The notes under the pieces are model-generated. The model searched no databases and was not told where the DNA came from. It saw nothing but the letters and a program-made list of their open reading frames with translations. A stretch of DNA of 64,000 nucleotides, from assembly GCF_030144855.1 (NCBI RefSeq), contig NC_082731.1, positions 20,398,001 to 20,462,000 of the forward strand, in the 5' to 3' direction. The translations under genes and the position numbers were made by a program. The stretch is from Hypanus sabinus. Taxonomy: Eukaryota. Position 1 is the stretch's first letter; every line of letters starts with the position of its first letter. Below are positions 51,034 through 61,890 of this stretch, one piece after another.

Positions 51034-51072
51034 CACAGTGTTGTTGGGTGATGACAGCTCCGGACAAAATCC
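51034..51072 (+). other. 23-RSS of V5
   Basis: CACAGTG + 23 nt + ACAAAATCC. Confidence 0.92.
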
Positions 51073-51169
51073 GACGTCCGTGATGCAGTGAGCGCTCGCT
51101 AGATGGTGCTCTGTGCCGTGGAAGTGGCAGGAGGGCAAAAACAAACCCTCCACAGTCACGTGATCGGCT

Positions 51170-51810
51170 TAACAATGAGAAAGTTTTTAGCAAAATATAC
51201 GCAGATTTGAGGAACTCTCCTTCAATGGAATGTGCAGTAATTTGCACTGATTGAAACGGTATGAAACATTTTCCAAACAGATGTGACGTATTAGTTGAGA
51301 TAGGGGCAAAATATCCATAACTATCTGCATTTGCCAAGAGCCGGACAGCATATTTATATTACGGGTGCAGGAGAAAGAAGCGAATTGCAGATATTCGAAA
51401 TAGACGTGGCGCCAATTTCAGTGATTTCTGGATAAGTCCGAATAATGTGTGTACTATTCTGGCAAAAGACACTGAAAGGCATGCAAGGGCCATTGCAGAT
51501 CCAGGAATAATATGGACAAGCTAAGGGCAGCAAGCACGTGCAATGAAGTTCACACACAACGCTGCCAGCGTAATCGCACTGACAGCTGTTCAGATGTCCG
51601 TAATGGTAGTGAGGGACTCCGAAATTAATCCTGCGAGTACACCCCTTACAGAGAGGGAGGCACCTGGATGTCAAATAGGTATAGAGCAGGAAAAAGAGTT
51701 TTTTTCCAATAAAAAACTCACCCTGAATATACTGTAATCGGCTGTCGATTTTAGGTGCGTCGTTTGCTCCACCCTCTCCTAAGGGACTTCACTATCCACT
51801 CCATCCCGTC
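51170..51810 (+). mobile_element. Strongly deleted ERV remnant of cassette 5 (protease/tether joined directly to the LTR 3' part)
   Basis: INPASTPLTEREAPGCQIGIEQE (ORF 51543), then a jump at about 51700 to ccAATAAAaaactcaccctg, the LTR R-like region. Confidence 0.7.
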
Positions 51811-53258
51811 CGCTTTCGGCGGGGATTGCTCTTTCCGCGATTCCTTTTCATTAGTCCTCAACACTAATCTTCAACTTCCGCAATGTACTGTTTATCGCGA
51901 AGCTGCTTACAGTTCAGGGTATCGAATTTCGGTGTTCGATTCCTGCGCAACTATAAAGGGCATCTATAAAGGGCCTTCGGAAAGTGCAGAAATTCTGCGG
52001 GATCTCCAGTCTCCGCTGGCAGTCCAACGATGTACTGATAAGCATGTTAATGACTCATTGTAATTCTAGCTGTGATTAGGTTAGGGTCTTGGATCTCTAG
52101 ATGTAAAAATCGGTGCCCGATGGGATTATTCCGTGATCTACTGCTCAGAAAGTAAATAAAACAAAAGTTAAGAGTGTGGGACTAAGAAAGCATGAGAGAA
52201 AGAGGACGACCGAGTAAACGAGAGAAAGGGAAAGGAAAAGACGGAACAACAGGGAATAATATATCTGGGGAGGGGGTGCTTAAGAAAACAAATGAGTATT
52301 ACGAAAATAAAGCGGGAAATTAAAGTATGAGGCAGGAACTAAATAGAGGATAGTAACGCTTGTACAACGGAAGGAACGATCGATGTAGGGACATGGGAGG
52401 GAATGAAAAATGGAAGGTTAGAGATGAATATGGTGTGAGGCGTTCAGTGAGGNNNNNNNNNNNNNNNNNNNNNNNNNNNNNNNNNNNNNNNNNNNNNNNN
52501 NNNNNNNNNNNNNNNNNNNNNNNNNNNNNNNNNNNNNNNNNNNNNNNNNNNNNNNNNNNNNNNNNNNNNNNNNNNNNNNNNNTATTCACCAGAACAATTA
52601 TTGAAGTGAATTTACATGCAGAAGGAATATAGAGAAACACCAAGCAATGAGAAGAAATATGCGGAATAAATGACTGAGAGTCAGCGAGCGATATTGAGAA
52701 CATGTCATAATGAATGAGCGATATACAGTTCGAGAGATAGATAGTTACATAGTTAGAGAAGGAGAGAGTGGGTATTTGTAAGAGAGAGAGATATTCTGTA
52801 GAACAGATAGAAGGAATGGGGGGAAGCATATGGTAAGAATATAGAGCTTAGAAAAATAGAGTACTATAGATAAGCCTAGGTAGTTCTAAGGTAAGGACAT
52901 GTTCAGCACAGCTTTGTGGGCCGAAGGGCCTATATATTACTGTAGGTTTTCTATTTTCCAATGTTTCTACTTAGTGAGATTGCAAATAAGAGAAAGGAGG
53001 TGAAACTTTGAGAGGAAGTAATACGAGATAGAAAGAGGCACAAAGACAAGCAGAAACAGTGGAAATAAGTGAAACAAAATGTGATTGGTGTCTGGACCGG
53101 ATATATTCGGCGCTCACAGCCAATCAATGCACCGGTAGGACTGTGCCCTCACATGTACGCAAGCTGAAATATGCCGCTGTACTGATTTTACTCTTCATTA
53201 TCTGTCAAGGATATTAACTTATTGGACTGCAAGTAAGCTGTCTTTCGATCCGGACACC

Positions 53259-53692
53259 ATGACTTCCCTGTTCTCTCTGCTGATTATATTGGCTATGATG
53301 CCCGGTGAGTCTTCGCGGTAACTGTCTGTATCTGTTCCTTATGTCCGGAGAAAGCCATATCCGTTCATGCATTCTGTCATATTTATTGCAGGAGCAATTG
53401 GGAAAGATTCCTTGACGCAGTGGCCGACTGATTTAATGATTGTGGAAGAACAAAATGTAACACTGAACTGTAATTACACTGGCACTGCTCAGCGTATTTT
53501 TTGGTACGTTCAGCATCGAGTGGAATCTCCAAAATACTTGCTAAATATTTATAGCAGCGGAAAGATAGACCGGCATGCAGAATGTCCGGCGAGGTTTTCT
53601 GGTGGTTTGCAGATAGGCAGCAAGACGGCACATTTGAAGATCTCTGGTGCTTTCGTGTCGGACTCCGCTGCGTATCTTTGTGCTATGAGTCC
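53259..53692 (+). CDS. TRAV: TCR alpha/delta-type V segment V6 (leader 53259-53304, intron 53305-53391, V exon 53392-53692), open frame
   Basis: Leader MTSLFSLLIILAMMP-G; V exon DSLTQW...LNCNYTGTAQRIFWYVQ...DSAAYLCAMSP. Confidence 0.92.
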
Positions 53693-53731
53693 CACAGTGT
53701 TGTAAGGCGATGGCAGCGCCGGACAAAATCC
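53693..53731 (+). other. 23-RSS of V6
   Basis: CACAGTG + 23 nt + ACAAAATCC. Confidence 0.92.
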
Positions 53732-53819
53732 GTCCGTGATGCAGAGAGCGCTCGCTAGAGGGGGCTCTTTACATAGAAGCTGGCAGGAGAGCAGAAACAA
53801 ATCCCCACGGTCACGTGAT

Positions 53820-56218
53820 TGACTTAAGAATGCGAATATTATTTGCCGATGATATGCAGATTTGAGGATATCTCCGTCAATGGAATCTGTACCAATTTGC
53901 TCAAACCGAAACGTTACAAAATATTTCCCAAACACATTCGATGTGTTAGTTGACACCGGGGCGATGGTATCGATAACTGATATGGATGTTGCAACAAATG
54001 GACAGGATATTAAATTACGGGTGCCGGCGAAATTCCCCGGAGAGGAGCTCCAAATCCACCAGACAAACAAGAACAAAAATTAAAGCTGCAAAACCTGCAC
54101 AAAGCCACATAATTATAACACATAGTTACAACAGTCCAAACAATAGCATAATTGATAATAAACAGACTATGGGCACAGTAAAAATAGTCCAAGATGTTGA
54201 AAGACTGTAAGTTCAAAAGAAATCACCACAGTTTCCAAAAGTCCCCTGGGTCCCAATAGACTTACCATCCCACGCCGGCGGCAGAAGGGAGTACCCCTTG
54301 CCATGGACTTTCAAGGCGTCGCCCAACAGCCTTCAGACGCAACCCACACCGAAAGCGACCTGAGTCAGTCGAAAGGACTCCGAGTCAGTCGAACCCCCGA
54401 GCCGACGGCCATTCGCTCCGGCACAGCTTCTACGAGCACCATCCTCTGCCGAGCGTATTAAGATGGCCCCGCTAACGGCCATCGGCAACGCGACGCCGAG
54501 GACTGGGGGCCTGTTCTTCCCATGAGAGTGCCGGCAGCAAAAAAGAAGGTCTTCCTGGAACTTCCCGATGTTTCTCCGTGCTTCCACGTCCGTTTTCAAT
54601 CGATTATGATTGCGCTCGGCACCCCGCTTCACAAATAGCAGATAATCCGTTCTGGTGTGGCCGCTGCAAGCTGCGTCGCGCCGCCATCTTGGATCAAGAT
54701 AATAGTGCAAATAGAAAGAAACGAATTGCAGATACTCGAAATAGGCGAGGAGCTACTTTCAGTGCTTTTCCGGATTTGTCCAAATAATGAGGGTGCTGTT
54801 CTCGGAATAGACACTGAAAGGGAAGCAGGGGTCATTGTAGATCCAGGAAACAATGAAATAATATGCACAAGCCAAGGGCAGCGAACACGTCCAACCCAAT
54901 TGCAAATGTCCAGGAAGTAACGTCGGAAGCTAGTTGAATAAAAACAGACCGCTCCGAGGAGACCCTTGGATAACATTCAAAAAGCAGAGGGAAAATGTTA
55001 TGTGTGGTTATTATGAACAAAATGAAATCTGCAGATGTGGAAATCACAGAAATACACATAAACTGCTGGAGGAACCGACCTTGCCGGGCAGCATCTCCGT
55101 AGTGATGAACTGTAATTAAGTTGTCTGGTCTGCTGCTTTCTTCCAGCATTTTGGGTGTATTGTCTAGTAATTATGGATCACTTCAGTCGGCGGGTAGAAA
55201 CTTCCCCAATCAGCGACTGCCAAGGTGAAGAACTCTTCCAGATGGACTATGACCATGAAGAATATTTCACAAGAAGAGTGATAAATGAAAGGTGCCGTCT
55301 GCGATGGATTCGACAACAGTTCCACATACCCTACCAGCAAGGACGCGGGGCCTGGAGGCGATCTGATTCGAGGCCGGTGCTGCCGCCTAATGTACTGTGT
55401 GAGTACACGGAATGATCTGAAGCAGCAGGACATTGATGATCAGAGAGATCCATTGGGATAGGGGATAGTCCTCCCAAATCCGATGACCAAGTCACGGTGA
55501 TGGTGTTGTTGAAAGTGTATGCTCCCAGATGGATCGGACCACAGAGGGTTCTTTTAAAAAGTGAAGCGGGTTTGTGGAGACTTCACGAGGCAGCCAGTGG
55601 AAACAATGGATTCAGGTTATACTGTCAGACTCTGCTTCTTGTTGCCACCACAGGCAAAGCGGGAGCAGGAGTGCAGCTAGTAACCGTGTGATTACAGAGA
55701 ATCCCCGAGATGGACAAGTTGATGGAAACTGAACCACAGTAAACGCGAAGGTAGTGATCCATGTCATGAGAGAACCACGTGAATAAAATGCTAAAGAGTG
55801 AAGGTAAAATTACTCTGGTCTGACCGCTGATTACTGAAGGTATATGATTAGTTGAATAGGAGAAAATAGAAAATATATTGCAGAAAACAGATCGGCAGGG
55901 ATTTAAGTTAAAGAAGACATATCCATAACTTCGAAAGCATGGTAGAATGAAGAAAGTTGCAGACGGAATCTGAAGAGGGTTACGCTCAGTCGGAATGGGG
56001 AACAGAAGTGTACTGGGCCCTTTCAGCAGTTTTGGCCAGCGATCGCCTGGTTACTTTGGGCAGGAGTGAATCCAAGGAGAGGTCGTTTCAGTAATATAAA
56101 TGAAGACCATCCGAACCCCTTATTGTGCATCGATGAGAGGGCCTGTGAGCCTGATGTATTTACTTTGCTGCTGTCCCTGGAAAGAGAGGGTGTTAGCTAC
56201 CAGAGAATGGAAGGATGG
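53820..56218 (+). mobile_element. Multiply deleted ERV remnant of cassette 6 (interrupted at about 54030-54690)
   Basis: ORF 53862 VLVDTGAMVSITD; AVLGID (ORF 54657); YCLVIMDHFSRRVE (ORF 55155); APRWIGPQRV (ORF 55497). Confidence 0.78.
54030..54690 (-). mobile_element. Unclassified insertion, probably the GC-rich 5' end of a retroelement
   Basis: Absent from paralogous cassettes and splits the protease remnant; the minus strand begins ccaagatggcggcgcgacgcagc. Boundaries approximate. Confidence 0.45.
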
Positions 56219-56220
56219 AG

Positions 56221-56521
56221 GAGCAATTGGGAAATATTCCGTGACACAGTGGCCGACTGATTTAACGATTGCGGAAGAACAAAATGTTACATTGAACTGT
56301 AATTACACTGGCGCTACTGAATATATTTTATGGTACGTTCAGCATCGAGTGGAATCTCCAAAATACTTGCAAAAGGTATATTACTCCGGAAAGTTGGAGT
56401 GGCATACAGAATGTCCGGAAAGGTTTACCGGTGATTTGCAGAGAGACAGCATGACGGCACATTTGAGGATCTCTGGTGCTTTTGTGTCGGACTCCGCCGT
56501 TTATCTTTGTGCCATGAGTCC
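56221..56521 (+). pseudogene. TRAV: Leaderless TCR V exon V7 (open frame; promoter, leader and intron deleted)
   Basis: GAIGKYSVTQW...LNC...ILWYVQ...YLCAMSP is preceded directly by ERV-cassette sequence (ccagagaatggaaggatggag) instead of the intron polypyrimidine tract. Confidence 0.88.
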
Positions 56522-56560
56522 CACAGTGTCGTAAGATGATGACAGCTCCGGACAGAATAC
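56522..56560 (+). other. 23-RSS of V7
   Basis: CACAGTG + 23 nt + ACAGAATAC. Confidence 0.88.
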
Positions 56561-56659
56561 GCCATCGGTGAAGCAGTGAACGCTCGCTAGATGGGGCCCT
56601 TTGCTGGTAAAGTGGCAGGAGCAGAGCAACAACACCCCCCCACGATCACGTGATCGACT

Positions 56660-59600
56660 TATGATTTCGAAAATTATTCGTAAAAGATATGCAGATTTGA
56701 GGAAATATCCGTCAACGGAATGTGTACATATTTGTACAAATTGAAACGTTATAAAGCATTTCTCAAACACATGTGATATGTTAGTTGACACAGGGGCAAT
56801 GTTATCGATAACTGATCTGCATTTGCCAACAGCTGGACAGGATATTTATATTACGGGCGTAGTAGAAATAACGGTTGAAAGTAGAAAGAAACGAATTGCA
56901 GATAGTCGAAATGGGCGAAGAGCAACTTTCAGTGTATTTCTGGATCCATCCAAATAATGTGGTCACCGTTCTCGGAGTAGATATTGAAAGGGAAGCAAGG
57001 GCCATTGCAGATCCAGGAAAGGGTGAAATAATATGCACAAGCCAAGGTCAGCGAGCACATACAACCAAATTCGTACACAACGTACACAATGTAATCGCAC
57101 TGACAGCTGTTCACTAGGTAGTAACGGCAGTTAGAGATACCGGAATTAATCCCGCGAGTACTCTCCGCACAGACAGGGAGGCACACGAATATCGAAGAGG
57201 AATAGAGCAGGAAAAAGATATGGGCGCAATGGAAATACCTTTAGAGGAAAGCGGAGTTGGGTCTCAGAGGTACATAAACTAGAACACACTGTCTGGATGC
57301 ACTATGGTAAAGGACACAGGTGAAGAATGAGCTTCAGCGACACAGCCAGGCGACTGCTAAGCTCAGGTAGCGGACCTGATGGCCCTGACAGAAAGATGCG
57401 CTATAGTAAAGGCAGGCGAGCAAATATATATTCAGACAGCCTGCATATCTTTGGGGCGGTAATCGTTTGGCCTGGGGACGCTGAGTATTTGTGACCACAG
57501 CCGGTGCAGGTATTGAGCACTGGCACCGAATGCAACAACTGCTGGAAGCACTGTCTGCCAGCTCAAGTGACAGTAATTAAAGTGGAATCTCAGTAGTAAG
57601 AGAAGAGTAAGGAGCAGAAAGTAGTAACAAGAAATCGGAAGTGTGCAGGATGAAATGTCGGAAGCTAGTTGAACAACAACGGACAGCTCCGAATAGATCC
57701 TTGTATGGCATTCAAAAAGAAGTGAGAAAAGCTAATGTCCCGTCATTATGCACAAAAGAAAATCTGCAGATGCTGGAAATCCAAGGAATACAGACGATAT
57801 GCTGGAGAAATTCACCTGGGCAGGAAGGATCTCATAGTGATGAACTGTAATTAAGCTGCCTGCCCTGATGCGTCCCTCCAGCATTTTGTGAGTATTGCCT
57901 TATAATTATGGATCAATTCAGCCGGCGGGTGGAAGCTTTCCGAACCAGAGACTGTCCCGCCAGCAGCGCTGCATGGAGTATTGTCAGATAATCTTGCTAA
58001 GGTAAAGAACTCTTCCAGATGGACTGTGACCAGGAAGCACATTTCACAGGGAAATTGATAAATGAAATGAGAGGGATTCGACGGCAATCCCACACACCCT
58101 ATCACCAGGCAACCCGCCTGGAAGATTATTGCGCCTTCAGGATCCCACATATCTGTGTTTGTTAATGGTTTGCTGCAGGCTTGAGTGCTCCTGCCGGGAG
58201 CAGATGCATTTTACTGGTGTGGGAGGGGGGTTAGTTGCTTGGTTCCTGCTTATGCATGGCTGGGGCGAGTTGGAGGAGTGGGTTTGCGCTTCTAATATCT
58301 GTCATTTATTCTTTGGGGCACTCCTTTGTTTTCCTGGACGTTTTCGAAGAAATATTATTTCAGGATGTACAGTGGCATTCAAACGTTTGAGCAGCCCGGT
58401 CGAAATTTCTGATACTCTGAATACCTAAGCCCCTAAAAGATGACCTGATTTCCGAAAGGCATACCGTTAAAGGTGACGTTTCTTTAACGTTTTAAGCAAG
58501 ATTACTTTTATTATTTGCATATTTTAGAGTTTCGAGAGTCTTTCAATTGTTGTTTGGGCGATTTTTGCCCTTTCCTCGTGCAAAAGTTTTCAAGTTCTGT
58601 GAGATTCTTGTGTCGTCTTGCATGCACTATCCTATTCAGGTGTATCCACAGATTTTCGATGATGTTTAGGTCGGGGGACCGTGAGGGCCGTGGCAAAGGC
58701 TTCAGCTCGTGCCCCTTGAGTTGAGGTCTATTTAGGATCATTATCCTTTTGTAGAAGCCATCCTCTTTTCATCTTTAGCTTTATTACAGACGATGTGATG
58801 CTTGCTTTCAGAATTTGCTGGTATTTCATTGAATTCATTCTTCCTCCTACCAGTGAAATGTTCCACGTGCCACTGGCTGCAACACCAGCACAGAGCATGA
58901 TTGATCCACCCCCGTGCTTAACAGTTGGAGAGGTGTTATTTTCATGAAATTCTGCATCCCTTTTTCTCCAAACACACCTTTGCTCATTGCGGCCATGAAG
59001 TTCTATTTTAAATTCATCAGTATTCAGGAAAGGTCTACCAAATGCGTCAGGCTTGTTTAAGTATTCCTTTGCAAACTTCCTACGCTGAATTTTGTGGTGA
59101 GGACGCAGGAAAGGTTTTCTTTTGATGACTCTTCCATGAAGGTCATATTTGTGCAGGTGTCGCTGCACAGTAGAACAGTGCACCAACACTCCAGACGCTG
59201 CTCAATCTTTTTGAAGGTCCTTTGCAATCAAACAGGGTTTTTGATTTGCCTTTCTAGCAATCCAACGAGCATTTCTCTCCGAACGTTTTCTTGGTCTTCT
59301 AGACCTCAACTTGACATCCACTATTCTTGTTAACTGCCATTTCTTATTGACATTACGAACTGAGGAAACGGCTACCTGAAAATGCTTTGATATCTTCTTG
59401 TAGCCTTCTCCTGCTTTGCTTATTTATTTGCTCATACACTTTAACTTTCAGAGTACGAGGCAACTGTTTAGGGAAGCCTATGGCTGCTGATTCTTCGGAA
59501 GAGGTTTGAGGAGTCAGGATAATTGCACAGCTTTGGAAGTTGCATCACCTGGCCTTTCCTAACGATGACTGTGAACAAGTCATTCCCCTAACATGTAATT

Positions 59601-61720
59601 GAAATCTGAGATCTTGGTAAAAGTTATCTGAGATCTCAAATCTCTTGGGGTGCCCTATCTTTTGCTTGGTGCACCTTTCCTTTTTTCCACTCTAAAATTG
59701 TACAAAACCAAAATAATACACTAATATTTCTTAAAATGTTGAAATAATGTTTCATCTTTAACTTTATGACTTTCGGAGATTAGGTCTCTTAACTATTTCA
59801 GTAACAGAAAGTTTGACCAGCGGTGCCCAAACATTTGCATGCCTCTGTATATTCTATACATTTCTCTGATATTAAATGTACCTATTTAACCTATCGAACC
59901 CATTGAACCCTCAGAGTTCAGGAATGATAGAAAACATAAGCCAAAGATTACCTTTGCCAAAGCTACAGCTGATGGGGAAGGAGATGGGTTGTTGTATTAC
60001 CGTTCATCCTCACGAGAGTGCGAACAATCGAAACGGCACGCTGGTTTTCAGCCGCTATGAGCTATCGACAGGAAGAAAAATCAGGTTCACTTATGGGATA
60101 ATTACGGATTGTGGTGAGCCTGGAGAGTACAGGGATAGACTGACACAATATGTGAAATACCTTTCTATGCGACTTAATGTATTGAAGGATCGAGACAAAT
60201 AACAGCAGCACCTCAGCGATCAGAGATCCATTGGGAAAGGCGATAGTCCTCCTAAAGCCGAGTGATTAAGTTCTGGTGAGGGTGTTGCTTGAAAGTGTAT
60301 ACTCCCAGATGGATCGGTAAACAGATGGCACTTTCAAAAAGTGACACGTGTTTATGTGGAGACTTCACGAATCAGCCAGTGGAAAGAATGGATTCATGTT
60401 ATACTGTTAGACTTTCTTGTTGCCACCACAGGCAAAGCCGGGGATGGAGTGCAGCTAGTAACAGTGCAATTATAGAGAATCCAGGAGATGGTCACCAGCC
60501 AGCCAAACTAGAACTGACCAAAATTGCTGGAAAGTGATCCACAGCAAACTTGAAGGTAGAGGGCACCGAGATTGTGACAGAAACCCGTGAATAACTTTCT
60601 AAAGTGTGACAGTAAAAGTATTCTGTCCTGACCGCTGATTACCGAAGGTATATGTTTGCCTGCAAAGCAGAAAATATAAAATATTTTGCAGGGAATGGAT
60701 TTGCAGGGATTTAGTTGAACTCAGACATATCCATAACTGCGATAGCATGGTAGAATGAGGAATATTGCCGACCGAATCTGAAGGCAGTTCCGCTCAGCCT
60801 GAATGGGGAGTAGAAGTGGGCTGGCCCCTTTCGTCAGTTTCGGCCAGCGATCGACAGGAGTGCAATCAGTGAGAGGTCGTTTCAGTAACTGAAATGCAGA
60901 CCAGCCCAACACAACATTGTACATCGCTAAGAGGGCCTGTGAGCCTGATGAATATTTCCTTCTTGCTGTCGCTGGATAAAGAGAGTATTAGCTGCCAGAG
61001 AATGGAGGGATGTAAGCTTCAATCAGTCAGCAAAGAAAGAGCTAACAGGCATACGCATGAAGCTGCATTTCTGAAGACTGCTGTTCACATTTCAGGACAA
61101 ACTCTCTGCTGAGCATTTTGAAGGTAGCAATTAGGTATGATAGGGTAGATATACATGCGCCTACAGGAATTATGGGAAAATCCGACGGAGGGTATTTTTG
61201 CTGCCTAGTATGAGTAGATCTTCCGTAAGATTGGCCTTTCCTGTTAGATAATTATTTTTGTCCGGGGTGCCAAAAGGAGGTAATGTTCGAGAGAATTTTA
61301 GATCAGCTCATGTGGCGATAAATGTAACTGAGTTCGGCCACTAAACTTCAGAGTCGGCTATGTATTTTAGATTATTTTAAAATGTAGCTCTGAACAATGG
61401 TTTCCTTAACGCTGCAAATCACGGACCAGACAATATTTATTAATATGCACTTCGATGTCTGTGGTATGGGTGCGAACCGTGAGGTGTGAGGTTTGTGTGT
61501 GCTTTCAAAGAAAGCATTGTAGGTGCATTGTAAATATGGATTTGTCCTTTGACGGTTAGTCCATAATATATGAGGTAGCATGGGCAGCGAGACCTTTCAA
61601 ATGAAAAGGCCTTAATTGCCCGCTGTATTTTTTTTTCAAAAAACTTCACCCTGAGTATTATATGTTCTTGTTTTCAGATGCGTCGTTTACTCAACACTCT
61701 CCTAACGGACTCTACTACCA
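56660..61720 (+). mobile_element. ERV remnant of cassette 7 (protease, RNase H, integrase, env-position DNA, PPT, LTR from 61284), interrupted by Tc1
   Basis: LVDTGA at about 56781; ORF 59876 PLNPQSSGMIE...FSRYELSTGR...DRLTQYVK (integrase core end); PRWIG (ORF 60289); caaaaggaggtaa|TGTT. Confidence 0.8.
58370..59847 (-). mobile_element. Tc1/mariner DNA transposon, decayed
   Basis: Imperfect TIRs CAGTGGCATTCAAACGTTTGAGCA / reverse complement CAGAGGCATGCAAATGTTTGGGCA; TA TSD at 58368-58369 and 59848-59849; ORF 58728..59189 with RKPFL...TDE...TVKHGGGSIM. The empty site caggatgTAtattctat is visible at 8261-8277. Confidence 0.93.
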
Positions 61721-61890
61721 CTCCGCCTTCCGCTGCGATTGCTCTTTCCTCGATTCCTTTTTATTTATTTTCTGTCTCAGTGGCGTGTTATCCGTTTGCC
61801 GGCCGGAAGGCATGCGATGATAAATGCGACTGAATTGCGGTTTGCGAGTGGGCAGAGTAGAGAGTAAAATCCAGGGATACGTGTGGGCAA

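Noticed and set aside
56221-56560. V7 as a NAR-TCR supporting V-delta (these are naturally leaderless)
   Set aside because: It has no CDR1 cysteine, no polypyrimidine acceptor and no IgNAR-like V, D or J visible upstream. The 5' junction is a simple deletion into ERV-cassette DNA.
12373-56560. Immunoglobulin heavy or light chain V genes
   Set aside because: Cartilaginous-fish Ig genes occur as V-(D)-J-C clusters. Here many V segments with 23-RSS are arrayed without D, J or C, and the DSVTQ...YLCAM pattern fits TCR alpha/delta. Alpha versus delta cannot be resolved from this window.
12805-56560. RSS copies as termini of a RAG-like or Transib transposon
   Set aside because: All are single, same-orientation 23-RSSs abutting V exons, with no inverted partner, TSD or transposase.
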